64,000 nt of DNA from Octopus vulgaris (Eukaryota): contig OX597826.1 of NCBI GenBank assembly GCA_951406725.2, positions 21,576,001 to 21,640,000 of the forward strand. The letters are read 5' to 3'. The position numbers and the translations under genes were made by a program. The notes beneath the pieces were generated by a model. It did not search any database, was not told where the DNA came from, and worked only from the letters and a program-made list of their open reading frames with translations. Of this stretch, positions 25,731 to 55,950 are shown in pieces. Every line of letters begins with the position of its first letter. Within the stretch, counting starts at the first letter, position 1.

Positions 25731-25857
25731 ATATCAATGTGTATGTGTGTGAGAGAGAAATCTAAAAACCAAGCTGTAAAATTATATTATTAGAAAATTA
25801 AATTGATTAGAACTACCAGTAAAGTAATTCTTTTCCTTTTTCAAATATATATATGTT

Positions 25858-25902
<45 letters not shown>

Positions 25903-26419
25903 AGGTTTGAAAATGTAATTTTAAAGATGTTTATTCACTTGACTGGTTTCACTTTTTTAGAAAAAGATTGTCAAAAGTAAAATGTAAAGCTTTGTATAAG
26001 CTTTGTTGTGTTAAGTACTGGTTGTCACAAAAGTTATAAAATACAGTTATACAGTCTTTGATAATAATAAGAAAATGTTAAAAACAGTTTACAAGAAAGT
26101 ATTTAAGAGAGTATTCAGAACAGGACTACAAGAAGTATTTTGAGTTCAATAAAAATCATGTTTGTTTGGAAGTATATATATACATAGAAAGAGATATATT
26201 TAAGAATTTACAAAAAATTGGAGATGAATAACTAACCTGTCTTTCTGACATTTTCTATCTTATGTGTAGCTAAAGAATGTTTGTTATTTTAAGGGACAGT
26301 GTGGGAGATTGGTTGGTGGGGAAGGAAGAGCAATGTGGAATCAAAAGGATTTTTTGTTTCTGGGCCAGTCTGTCATGGTTCAGTGGTTTGTGGGACTGGT
26401 CTTAGAGGTGAGAATGGTG

Positions 26420-27286
26420 TGAGTGTGTGTGTCTCTGTGTACGTCTCTATGTGAGTATATACATGTGCTTGTGTTTGTGTATGGGCCGATTTTGATTGGT
26501 CCCAGAGTTTATTGTGGTGTGTGTTTTATATTTGGTAGGATGGTGTGTATATATGTGTGCACGTTTGCGTGTGTGTCATTAGTATTTGTCAGGGTGTTGT
26601 GTGTGTGTATGTGTTTGTATGCATGTATGTATGTGTGCTTCTGTGTGTATGTTTGTGTTGGTGGGGATGTTATGTGTGTGTACGTGAGTGTGTGTGTCTC
26701 TGGCTGAGTATGTTTGTGCTGTTATAATTGTCCTGGTGTATGTGTGTGTGAGTGTGTGTAAGCAACCATATGTGTGTGTGAGGGTGCATATGTATGTGTG
26801 TGTGGGTATATGTGGATGTGAATGTGTTGTATTTATCAGGGTTTCTGTGTGTGTCCGTGTGTATTGGGTTTATCTGGGTGATGTGTATGTGTGTGTGTGT
26901 GTACGTTCTGTGCATGTTGGTACTGAGTATGCATTTGTGTGTGTGTGTATATATGTGGGTATGGTTTATGTAGTTTCCGGGTGTGTGTGTCTACGTGTGT
27001 GTGTGTGTGCTGTATTTGTGAGTGATTTGTTTTGTTTGTATTGTTAGTGCAGTGTGTGTGTATACGTGTGTATTGTTAGTGCAGTGTGTGTTTGTGTGAG
27101 CGTGTCTATGTGTCTTATATTTGTCAGGGAGGTGTGTGTCATTGTGTGTGCATGCTTGTGTGTATGTGTGTATGTCTGTGTGTTTGTGAGTGTTTGTTGT
27201 GATTATTGGGATTGTATTGTGTGTCTATGTGTGTGTGTGTTTTCTTTTGAGCGTGTGTGTGTGACTTTTTACTGGAGAATGGGCGT

Positions 27287-27321
<35 letters not shown>

Positions 27322-27556
27322 ATATATGCACACATATGTACACACATGCACTCAAACACAATATGCCCATTCTCCAGTAAAAAGTCACACACACACGCTC
27401 AAAAGAAAACACACACACACATAGACACACAATACAATCCCAATAATCACAACAAACACTCACAAACACACAGACATACACACATACACACAAGCATGCA
27501 CACACAATGACACACACCTCCCCGACAAATATAAGACACATAGACATGCTCACACA
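26420..27556. repeat. Degenerate (TG)-rich tract ending in an inverted repeat (27093-27556)
   Basis: TG-rich low-complexity sequence. 27093-27295 is the reverse complement of 27356-27556. Confidence 0.8.
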
Positions 27557-27564
27557 TATATATA

Positions 27565-28027
27565 TTCTTTTGTTCTTTAATTCTTTTACTTGTTTCAATC
27601 ATTTGACTGTGGCCATGCTGTAGCACCAACTTTAGTTGAACAAATCGACCCTAGAACTTACTTTTTCTAAGCCTAGTACTTATTCTATCGTTTTTTTTGC
27701 CGAACTGCTAAGTTACAGAGATGTAAACACACCAACATCAGTTGTCAAGCGGAGTAGGGGGATGAATACACACACAAATATATACATATATACGACAAGT
27801 TTCTTTCAGTTTCCATCTACTAAATCCACTCACAAGGCTTTGGTCGGCCCGAGGCAATAGTAGAAGAGACTTGCCCAAGGTGCCATGTGAAACCATGTGG
27901 TTGGGAAGCAAGCTTCTTTGTAATCCTAGTACTTATTCTATTAGACTCCTTGGCGAACTGCTAAGTTACAAGGATGTAAACAAACCAGCATCGGCTGTCA
28001 AGTGATGGTGGGGGACAAACACAGACA

Positions 28028-28077
<50 letters not shown>

Positions 28078-28255
28078 GATATAGATATATAGATATATAT
28101 ATATATACAATGAGCTTCTTTCAGTTTCCTTCTACCAAATCCACTCACAAGGTTTTGGTTAAGCTGAAGCTATAGTAGAAGACACTTGCCAAGGTGCCAC
28201 ACAGTAGGACCATGTGGTTGGGAAACAAGCTTCTTATTGCACACCCATGCTGTGC
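27565..28255 (-). mobile_element. Two tandem copies of a tRNA-derived SINE
   Basis: Shared blocks CCTAGTACTTATTCTAT, AAATCCACTCACAAGGCTTTGGTC and CTTGCCCAAGGTGCCA; same family as at 34920, 41721, 47944 and 62380. Confidence 0.75.
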
Positions 28256-28297
28256 CTATATATATGTGTGTGTGTGTGTGTATGTGTGTGTGTGTGT

Positions 28298-28592
28298 GGA
28301 GGCGCAATGGCCCAGTGGTTAGGGCAGCAGATTCGCGGTTGTAGGATCGCGGTTTCGATTCCCAGACCGGGCGTTGTGAGTGTTAATTGAGCGAAAACAC
28401 CTAAAGCTCCATGAGGCTCCAGTAGGGCATGGTGGCGATCCCTGCTGTACTCTTTCACCTCAACTTTCACTCTTTCTTCTGTTGGCCTGCTAGCTTAGCC
28501 AGCGGGGTGGCGTCATTTGAAGGTTAAAACAATGCAAAGCGCATTGTGACTAGCGATATGTAGCAACATCTGATAGCCTGGTCGGTCACATT
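28298..28592 (+). mobile_element. tRNA-derived SINE
   Basis: Pol III A box TGGCCCAGTGG and B box GGTTTCGATTCC at the 5' end; inserted in a (TG)n tract. Confidence 0.75.
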
Positions 28593-29001
28593 GATATAGA
28601 TATATATGATGATGATGATATAAAAATGGCATATTGCTAGATGGCTCAAGATATGCTTATTTAGGTTAATATTCCAATAAATATAATTATTTTTACTTTA
28701 CTAAAATCCTTCAAAAGTATTGATTATTTTAAAAGTTAATTAAAACATTCAATTAATTTATTATTAATAAAGAATATGGTCAGAAAATTGTTTTGGGAAT
28801 ATTCTTTGATATCTACATTTAATTTTTCCCTCTGCATGTTTTTACACAGTTTACATATTATTTGCATATTATTTACATATGATTATTTGCATGCTTTTTT
28901 ACCACTTTCCTTCATATTTCTTTTGCCCTGCACCCAAATACCTTGCATCTTATGTCTGCACCTTCTGTAAAAACTGCAAATTGTGCCACATTTTATTTCA
29001 G

Positions 29002-29022
29002 AGACATTCCAAGACTGGTCAG
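29002..29022 (+). CDS. Candidate 21-nt microexon of the TRP channel long isoform
   Basis: ttttatttcag|AGACATTCCAAGACTGGTCAG|gtattg. Frame-preserving, stop-free in phase 1. Confidence 0.35.
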
Positions 29023-29842
29023 GTATTGTACACATTAGATTAAGCAAATTTAATTAACCAAAAATAGATTATTAATATTTTTTATTAAATTTATTATTAA
29101 TTATAACAATGTATAATCGTTATTTGTAAATGTACAATTAGTATTTTTAATAAATTGATAATTAAGCTATAATTATTGTTTATAAATTTATAATTAAATC
29201 TTTATAATAAATTTATTATTAATCTAAATTTGTAATTCAATTCTATAATAGATTTATAATTAATATTTAGGCATATGATTTATAATTACGATTTTAATTT
29301 TAGTTTATAACATAAAACATTCAAGTCCCTAAATTTGTAAATGTCTATTCAAATATGCTGTGTTTATAACATCACATATCTGAACCGAATTGGAAGCAAA
29401 TACAGCAAATATAAATTAGAAGCAGGGCCAGTGTAAATATAACTGAACACAGATACTTGTTGATAAGCCACAAAAATGGCAAAATATTGATAAACATTTA
29501 AAAAACAAAGTGTTTTGAAATAACTTGCTCTAAGGAATAAACAAGTGATTATCCAATCGATACTTGAACTGAAGATAGTCTGCATCTAAATTAACGTACA
29601 GTTTTACATCAAAGAGAATCAACATAAAACTTTAAACAGTTAAAGGATATTAAAGTGAAGACCCTGAAGAAACTGCCCCTGTATTATAGTAGAGTTGCAA
29701 CTGCAACAGTTACTAATCAATGCATCAGAAACAATCATCTGTAGGTCTATTTGAGGCCGTAGATATATATATATAAAGGAATTAAAGGTAATGCTCATGC
29801 TACTTTGTAATAATCCTTATTATCTGATGTATACATAAATAC

Positions 29843-29894
<52 letters not shown>

Positions 29895-30476
29895 GCATAT
29901 TTATGCATGTATGTATGTGTGTAAAATAAATCACTATTTAAACACACACACACACACACAAATTGTAAAGTGGTGGGCATTAGGAAGGGCTTCAAGCTAT
30001 AGAAACCATGCCACAGCAGACACTGGAGCTTGGTGCTATTCTTCAACTCATCAGATCCTTCGCAAGTCATTCAACCCAGCATGGAATATGGTCGTTAAAT
30101 GAGGAGAATGATTACCAACCTTTTTCTGCTCACAGTTGAATGATTTCTGTGAAATAACAGGATTTCTCATCAGTTATGACTTTATAAACCTTTGCAACCC
30201 TGTTTATTGGAAATTGCAATGATAACCTAATGAAATATTTAGTTTTAATGAATCCAACTATGAAATAGGTTGTTGAAGACATAGTTGAAGAAATTAAAAG
30301 CCAAGAATGACAAATTGGACCATGTTGGTTTGGTTTGGGTGAAAGATTTTTATGGCAGATCAGTTTGATCAGAGATAACATAGAACTAAAACAACAACTC
30401 AAACATTGTCTTATTTACAGCAGAATGCCTGTTCAAAAGCTGTTCAATGATATTTGTGTAATTCTTCTATTTCCAG

Positions 30477-30715
30477 TTAGAAAAGCCATCAAGAGGAAGA
30501 ACAAATCAGTTGATAAAACTCCTCCAAGTACCAAAGAATTTGAAAGATTTTCCATTCATAAAAACAAAAACAAAAAAGATGGTGAGGATTCTAAATCTGC
30601 ACAGTATCCATTCAAAAAAGCAAGGAAAAAATCTGTTATAAAGAGAGAAATCTCCAAAACATTTCTTCAAGATTGTCCAAAAGCAAAATATTTAAAATAT
30701 TCAAATTATACATAA
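30477..30715 (+). CDS. Candidate alternative terminal exon of the TRP channel (Lys-rich tail)
   Basis: ttcttctatttccag|TT AGA AAA..., phase 1, matching the donor after 19542. Open to TAA ending 30715: RKAIKRKNKSVDKTPPSTKEFERF...YSNYT. AATAAA near 31102. Confidence 0.5.
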
Positions 30716-32040
30716 ATTGTAAAAAAAAATTTTTCTTAAACTATAAACAGAGATGAATGCCGAGAACAATTGGAATAAAAGAAAAAATAGTTGAAATAAA
30801 ATGGACAAAAGAATCAACAATATTGTAAAGAATTCTAGTTTGTGTTTGTTAGATGAATGATTGATTATCAGAAAGTTAATTATCAGAGACTTAATTTTCA
30901 GAGAGTTAATTATCAATAACAAACTATTTATATTTTAGTATTGTTGATTAAGTAGTAGTTTTTTTGTACAAATATCTAAATAAATTTGTCTGATTTATAG
31001 ATTTGTATTTTATTTTATTTTATTTTATTTTGTTTCATGAATTTTCTTGTTTGTGCAATTATTTTTAATATGATCAATCATACTTAAACCACTTTTTGAT
31101 TAATAAATACATTTTATCAATACCCATTGATAAAATATATCAATGTTTGATGAACATATTATAAGTTTCTTTGAAATATTTCTCATTTGTCTGACTTAAA
31201 TGTTTCACTTCTATGAACCAAATATTATTTGTATACAAGCATGAGTTAGAGGAGTATAGTCGTATATAGCCAATTGATTGGGAAGTTTGCTTCACAACAA
31301 CAAGGCTCCAGGTTCGATTCTACAATTGGGTACGAATCTTTATTCTAACCTTGAATCTACCCAAAATTTATGAGTTAAGTTGGCCAAACTTTACTGTGAA
31401 CTGTAATTCAGAGGATAGGAAACCTTGTCACACATTGTATCATGTCAATTCTGCTTTGAGATTACTTTAAGGATGCAACACTCTGTGGAATATTCGGCCA
31501 CTTACACAATAAACCACTGACTAGATGCTCAAGTTCAGCAAACAACTGATACTAACTGGCAATCTGTTTGGGACATATATTTATCGTCTCAGGAATGGCT
31601 GTCAACTTGGCTGTCCTTCTGAAATTATTTCAAAGAAATATAAAACATTTATAGATTGAGAAAGTATTCAACTTCAAAAAAAGATTCTTATAAAAAAATG
31701 TCTGGTTAATAAAGACAAATTATTAAATTATCCTAATTAATATTATTATTAAGCTCGTGATCTGGCTGAATCAGCAGCATGTGTGTCGTCTTTTTTTGCA
31801 GTTCTTTATGTTTTGCATTCAGATCTCACCGAGGTCAACTCAGCCCTTCATCTTTAAAATACCAGTAAAGTACTGCAGTCAATGTAATTGGCTTTCCTCT
31901 TTCCTCTAAAATTGCTGGCCTTGTGCCAAAATTTGAAACAATTATTATTGTTGTTAGTTTTATTATTATAAAAGAAATCTTTAATAAAAGAAATGATTAT
32001 TAAAAAAATAAAAGAAATCACTATCATCATCATCATCATC

Positions 32041-32071
<31 letters not shown>

Positions 32072-32574
32072 CTATTACTATTATTATTATTATTATTATT
32101 ATTATCATTATTATCATATAAACTGATCTTATGCAATATTTATGGAGTACTTTTTCTGTGATAATTGTTTGAATTTTTAATAAAAAGATTTCCAAAACTG
32201 TTATTGCCATTTGTCTTTGTTGCAAGAGGCTCAAATAAGCAGACAGCTGGTATCCACACTGTATATGAAAGAGGACTGTCACATCATTAATTTATTCAAT
32301 GATTCAGAGTTTGGAAGCACTGACAACTTCTATATGTTCCTGAAATATCCTGTTAGGTGTCAGATTGGGATCAGAATTCCATTGCTCATTTTCTGAGCTT
32401 TAACAACCTCTCCCCTCCTGTAGTCTGTCTGTTCTTGGTTTGATGTCTTTCGTGAAAAATCTCTCAACAGAAACTCTCTTCTTTGAGTCTTGGTTAATGC
32501 CAAAGTTCATGAAAGAGGCTTTTAAGGGTGTCTCACCATCCAATCGTGGTCAATTTTAGCTCCTTTGGTCCTTG

Positions 32575-32762
32575 TGTTGGTGGCACATAAAAAGCACCCA
32601 CTACACTCTCGGAGTGGTTGGCATTAGGAAGGGCATCCAGCTGTAGAAAACTGCCAGATCAGATTGGGGCCTGGTGCAGCCTCTTGGCTTCCCAGACCCC
32701 AGTCGAACCGTCCAAACCATGCTGGCATGGAAAACAGACGTTAAACGATGATGATGATGATG
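32575..32762 (+). mobile_element. RTE-LINE-type 3' tail fragment
   Basis: Near-identical to 55765-55950; ends in (GAT)n. Confidence 0.75.
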
Positions 32763-32897
32763 AAATCTTTTCCCATTTCACCAACCAAACCATTGTAGGC
32801 AAGATATTTCTGGATGTGTTCAGAACGCAAACATTTGGTTTATTATAATCAATAATATTAATATGCCAACTTGTTCTTTTTATATGTACTTATTTCA

Positions 32898-33790
32898 AAG
32901 GAGAGAGTGAAAGAGAAAGAGAGAGAGTTGGAGAGAAAGAGAGAGTGAGAGACAGTGAGAGGTGATGGTGTTCATTTTGTTTTTAAATGTTTCAGAGAGG
33001 AAGTAAGAGAGGAAGAGAGGAAATGAGAGAGAAAAGGGAGAGGGTGAAAGAGACAGTGAGTGGTGACAGCATTCGTTTTGTGTTTTTAAATGTTTCAGAG
33101 AGGAAGTAAGAAAGAAACAGAGAAAGTGAAAGAGAAAGAGAGAGAGTGAGAGAGAAAGAGAGAGAGTGAAAAAGACATTGAGTGGCGACGGCATTCATTT
33201 TGTGTTTTTAAATGTTTATCACACTGCAAGAAAAGTAGATACATATATCCAAAGAAAAGTTGATACATAGATACATACGCACATTGCTAAATTAAAAGAA
33301 GTGGGAGAGAAGAGAGACACAGAGGAAGTAAGAGAGAAAGAAAGAAAGTGAGAGAAACAGTAGATACATAGCTACATAGACACAGCAAATATTGGATGTC
33401 ACTTTCACTTTTCATTACCATACGAGGATAAAATTAACTCGTAAGTGGCTGAGTACTCCACAGACATGCATATCATTAACATAGTTCTGAGGGAGATTCA
33501 GCTTCACACAGAATATGACAAGGCTGGCCCCTTTGAATTACAGCTACAACACATTTTGGCCAGCTGAGTGAACTGGAGCAAGACAAACCTTTAAATGGTT
33601 GGAAGAAAATGAAAAAAAATCCTATATAGAGGCAGGAAAATCTTTTTAGTAGTTAGGGTCACTATGGGTGTTAATCCAGTTCTAACAGCGATAGTTGTGG
33701 GTCTCACAGATCTGGAGGCCGAGCACCCAGATAAACACCGATGTGCAGGCTGTTGATATCAAACTGAGTGTGAGTCAAGGGCGAATACAC
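32898..33790. repeat. GA-rich about 100-bp tandem units plus a dispersed repeat; inverted homologue at about 59130-59720
   Basis: Three ...GACAGTGAG.GGTGA...TTTTAAATGTTT units. 33180-33760 matches the reverse complement of 59150-59700. Confidence 0.65.
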
Positions 33791-34678
33791 AACAGAACAG
33801 CAATTATTTTGTCTTAGCTTTCACTGCTTATACTAAACACATGATACTTTTGCCTTACAATATGGAACATTTCTTTTTCTTTCAGTCTTTTTAAAAAATG
33901 GCACTCCGTCAGTTCCTGTTTATTCAATCAACCAAACAGCCTGCTCATTAAGTAGGAATCACAGGAATCCATTTCTACCCCAACCAAGATTCTGATTTGT
34001 GTTTATCAGACAATAACCCTTTCTCCCTACACACATCATTACTCATTCCTAAATAAGGGCCATGCCCTATAACAATGATTCTCAACCATGCTTCATGAGA
34101 CCCCTGGGGGTCTATATAAGATTTTTGGGGGTCCACGCAAACAAAATAGTAAATTGGGGGTCCACAGAAGTAATATTAGGGTCCAGGGAAAAATGCATTT
34201 CTTGCAAGAAACAGATAAGTTTCTTTCTCTAAAGTTTTACAAAGATTAATAGGCTTCCAGCCACTGAGCATAATTTCTCAGAGAGTACTATTGCAAACCT
34301 ACATGAATGCGTGAAAACAAAAGGACAATTTGGAAAGAAGTACCTATATAACTAGTTTTTAAATATCAAATGGCTAGGGAGCAGATAATATCCAGGCTAT
34401 AGTGAGCAGAACCTCAGGAGTAGTTTTGGTCGAATCATCTGTGTGTCGACATGTAACTTGTTACGACAATGTAAGCTCCTGGTTGAAGTGTAGCCTGCGA
34501 TATACTCCTCACCTGGATATTTTCCAAGTCCAAGGTTCCACTTGCTATGAAACATATGTAGCCCAGATACTGTCTACTAAATTCCCTAACTCTTGTATGT
34601 GTGTGTGTGTGTGTTTGAACCGATGCTAGCATGGAAAGCAGATGTTAAACAACAATGATGATATATGTATATATATAA

Positions 34679-34907
34679 GGCGGCGAGCTGGCAGAAACAT
34701 TAGCGCGCCGGGCGAAATGCTTAGCGGTATTTCGTCTGTTGTTACGTTCTGAGTTCAAATTCCGCCAAGGTCGACTTTCCCTTTCATCCTTTCGGGGTCG
34801 ATAAATAATGTACCAGTTTCGCACTGGGTTGATGTAATCGACTTAATCCCTTTGTCTGTCCTTGTTTGTCCCCTCTATGTTTAGCCCCTTGTGGGTAGTA
34901 AAGAAAA
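34679..34907 (+). mobile_element. tRNA-derived SINE, near full length
   Basis: GGCGGCGAGCTGGCAGAA head, B box GAGTTCAAATTCC, central CTTTCATCCTTTCGGGGTCGATAAA domain, A-rich end. Confidence 0.8.
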
Positions 34908-35141
34908 TATATATATATTTTCTTTTTCAGCCATTTGACTTTAGCCATGCTGGAGCACCGCCTTTAGTCAAACAAATCAACCTCACGACTTATTCTTTGT
35001 AAGCCTAGTACTTATTCCATCGGTTTCTTTTGATGAACTGCTTAGATACGGGTACGTAAACACACCAACATCGGTTGTCAAGCAACAGTGGAGGGGGTGG
35101 ACAAACACAGACATACAAATATATACATATATATATATATA

Positions 35142-35299
35142 CTTTATTTTAAGCAGCAGAAAATTCAACAAAATCTGTTACTCTGAGTTTCTCGTTGCCG
35201 TTCATCAGACAGCTTTTGCTAGCAAAAGCTGTCTGATGAACGGCAACGAGAAACTCAGAGTAACAGATTTTGTTGAATTTTCTGCTGCTTAAAATAAAG
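35142..35299. repeat. Perfect 158-bp spacerless palindrome containing hammerhead motifs
   Basis: Centre GCT|AGC at 35220/35221; arms are exact reverse complements as read. Confidence 0.9.
35229..35266 (+). ncRNA. Minimal hammerhead ribozyme (mirror copy on the - strand at 35175-35212)
   Basis: CTGT-CTGATGA-aCG-GCAA-CGa-GAAAC-tcaga-GTA-ACAG. Confidence 0.6.
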
Positions 35300-35779
35300 C
35301 ATATTACTCTACCACTGGTATTTGAGTACTCTTTTTTCCACCTTGTTTCACATTTATGTGTTTACTCCGGTATATATATATATATATAATGGGCTTCTTT
35401 CAGTTTCCGTCTACCAAATCCACTGACAAGGCTTTGGTCAGCCCAAGGCTATAGTAGAAGACACTTGCCCAGGGTGTCACACACTGGGACTGAACCGGAA
35501 CTATGTGGTTGGGAAGGAAGCTTAACCACGCATCTATGTGTGTGTGTATATAAACAAATAAAGTAATTTTATACAATTATTTTCGGATCTTTTCCCTTTC
35601 AACGGCAGATCGAAAAATTTTCCTAAAACAAAGTTAATTTGAATGAATTTCGCTGCTCTTTCTAGCAGTTTCAAGAAACACGTAGAATTCCACCCGTGTG
35701 ACTCGGGGTTATATTTCCTGTCACATCCAACTGTAATGCATGAGTTAACTCCCTTTCAACAACACAAAACAGTTTATTT

Positions 35780-35793
35780 GTTACCAAGGCAAC
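35780..35793 (+). promoter_or_regulatory. RFX X-box upstream of the FAM47-like gene
   Basis: GTTACCAAGGCAAC fits the 14-bp X-box consensus GTTRCCATGGYAAC with one mismatch, about 55 nt before the ATG. Confidence 0.65.
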
Positions 35794-35847
35794 TGGTGCT
35801 CTGTCAATGAAATGTCTGCTTCAGTAATTTGTCAGGAACTTTAAATA

Positions 35848-52904
<17,057 letters not shown>

Positions 52905-53829
52905 ACAGCTTTGAGAAATTTCAGATTCTTTCAATTATTTCAGAAAAGTTTTGTTTTTGTTCCTGATAAAAGTATTTTCTGGAATTTTGTAGTAAATTCA
53001 GCTCAAAGATATTTGATTCAAAATAAAGTTTCTAAGTGTTAAATACATGTTAATGTTTAATAGAATTACCATTTTCCAAACTATTAATCTCATTCTCAGT
53101 TATTCTGTTTCGGTTTTGGCTAACAGTTCTCACCTGTGTTCTTCATCAGTTGAATATTATTCCATGTTTTTTTTTCCCAGAGTCTCTTAACAGACTTCAA
53201 GTCCTTCTGAAAGGTTTCATACTATGTGCCCCATGATCTTTCCCTGTCTTTTGCATTCTCCTGTTGGTGCCTAATGTTGCTTTAACATATCAATTATCTA
53301 TTTGTGGCAGGATGGAACCAACCAATCACATTTCTTGTTCCACTGCCAAGTATTGGAGACTTTGCAGCAACAAAACCCTTCTAAAGAATTCTTTGTTTCT
53401 TATATGATCAGGATACAAAATTCTAAAGATTTTTTCCATGCAGCATTGGTAAAAGACCTTCAGCATTTTGATGAATTTTTCAGTTATCTCTCACATTTTG
53501 CTTGCCACTGGGTTAGGGTTAGGGTTATTCACTGAAATACTACTGTCACCTTTCCAATTCTGAATTTAAGAACAGTTCTGGCATGTCCATCATTGTAAAG
53601 AACACTGTCAACACATCACCTCATGTCTTTCACAGTCTTGTCTTCAACTATCAAAGTCAGTTTCATAACCAATCTCCAAGCTCATTATCTTTTCTACATT
53701 CATTCTCAGTCTAGTTTTCTTTGTCACCTCATCCAGCAGTTGAGGCTGTTATAGACATTGTCAGGATTCTTCCAGCTTGAAGGTATTGTCAATGAATGCC
53801 ATATTAAACAAACTTTTATGATCTTTTCA

Positions 53830-55950
53830 CAGAGGGACTAGCTAGTCTGCCAAATGTCAATCCAACAGAGGGACCAGCTATCTGAATTGACAGTAGCTTG
53901 GTAGATAAAGCAATTAAGGATATTAAGACAAGGGAAAGCCTCCAGCCCATTAGGAATCACTGCTGAGATGCTTAAAATATCTGGCAGCATAGGCTATAGT
54001 CTAGTCACCTGTATAGTCAACCAGGTGATACATGAAAGAGTCACACCCAATGACAGGTGTGGCAGCACCATAGTCAACTGCTACAAAGGTAAAGGTGATG
54101 CATTAGATACAAATAATTACAGAGGTATCAAATTGTTGGATCAGGTGATGAAAGTTACAGAGAGGGTCAAAGCCCAATTAATTAGGGAGAGAGTTAATTT
54201 AGACAAGATGCAGTTTGAGTTTGTGCCAGAAATATAGCACCACTGATGCTATATTTCTGGTAAAACAGTTTCAGGAGAAATTCCTAGCCAAAGATAAACC
54301 TCTGTACTTGGCTTTCATTGACATGGAGAAAGCTTTTGACAGGGTCCTCCAATCCCTTATTTGGTGGTCAGTGTCAAAACTAGGGATAGATGAGTGGTTA
54401 GTGAGAGCTGTACAAGCCACATACAGGGATGCTGTCAGTAAGGGGAGGGTTGGCAACAAGTATAGTGAAGAATTCTGGGCAGAAATAGGGGTCCACCAAG
54501 GATCAGTCCTCAGTCCTCTCTTATTCATCATAGTCCTCCAGGCAATAACAGAGGAATTCAAGACAGGATGCCCCTGGGAGCTTCTCTATGCTGATGATCT
54601 TGCTCTAATAGCTGACTCACTACCAGAACTGGAAGAAAGGTTTTAGGTGTGGAAGCAAGGTCTAGAATCAAAGGGCCTTAGAGTCAATCTAGCAAAAACC
54701 AAAGGCTTAGTAAGTAGGAAGGCAGACAAATCACAAATCCCCTTCAGGTAGATGGCCCTGCTCAATCTGTAGAAAAGGCATAGGTAGGAACTCCATAATA
54801 TGTATCCTGTGTAAGCTACAGACACAAGAGGTGCTGCAATATCAAAGGAAGGTTACCTGGGAAGATAGTTTTTGCATGTGGCAAATGCACAGGAGCAATA
54901 AACACTGAAAATGCGCAGAAAACAGCTTCCATCAAATGCCAGAGGGTAAAACTAGAAGTAGTTGATAGCTTCCATTACCTAGGTGACCAAGTCAGTTGTG
55001 GGAGTGGATACTCTGAGAGCATAGCTGCTAGAATAAGAAAAACCTGGGAAAAGTTCAGAGAGCTCCTACCTCTGCTGGCAACAAAGGGCTTCTCACTCAG
55101 AGTGAAAGGTAGACTGTATGATGCATGTGGGTGAACAGCCATACTACACGGCAGTAAAACATGGGCTGTGACTGCTGAGGACATGTGTAAGCTTGAAAGA
55201 AATGATGCTAGTATGCTCTGCTGGATGTGTAAATGTCAGTGTGCATACATGACAGAGTGTAAACGCCCTGAGAGAAAAGTTGGACCTAAGAAGCATCAGA
55301 TGTGGTGTGCAAGAGAGACAGCTGTGCTGGTATGGTCATGCGTTACATATGGATGAGGACAGCTGTGTAAAGAAGTGTCACACCCTAACAGCAGAGGGAA
55401 CCTGTAGAAGAGGTTGACCCAGAAAGACATGAGATGAGGTGGTGAAGCATGACCTTCAAACGTTGGGGCTCACAGAGGCAATGACAAGCAACTGAGACCT
55501 TTGGAGATATGGCTGTGCTTGAGAAGACCCAGCAAGCCAAGTTACATCATAGCTGTGGCCTATGTTAGTGTTGCATAACCAGCCCATTTAAGAGTACTCT
55601 TCAAGCGTCAGACAATATGCTGTGATTGAGAAGACCTGTTGACTCAAGAGAAATCATTGTCATAGCCAATGCCAGTACCACCCAACTGGCACCTGTGCTG
55701 GTAGCATGTAAAAAACACCCTTTGATCGTGGTCGAATACAGTGCTGTCTGAATGGCCCCCTTGCTGGTGGCATGTAAAAAGCACCCACTACACTCTCAGA
55801 GTGGTTGGCATTAGAAAGGGCATCCAGCTATAGAAACCTTGCCAGATAAGACTGGAACCTAGTGCAGCCTCCCAGCTTGCCATTCCTCAGTCAAACCGTC
55901 CAACCCATGCCAGCATGGAAAGTGGACGTTAAATGATGATGATGATGATG
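53830..55950 (+). mobile_element. 5'-truncated RTE-clade LINE with 3' UTR
   Basis: YKGKGD, NYRGIKLL, DMEKAFDRV, HQGSVLSPLLF and YADDLAL, then a Cys-rich segment; several stops and frameshifts; (GAT)n tail. Confidence 0.9.

Larger units (their letters stand above)
34920..35530 (-). mobile_element. tRNA-derived SINE interrupted by a palindromic insertion
   Basis: Same family as 41721-42102. The two halves are separated at the internal (TA)n by 35142-35370. Confidence 0.7.

Noticed and set aside
28298-28375. Possible tRNA gene
   Set aside because: A and B boxes are present but there is no convincing cloverleaf, and it continues into a SINE body.
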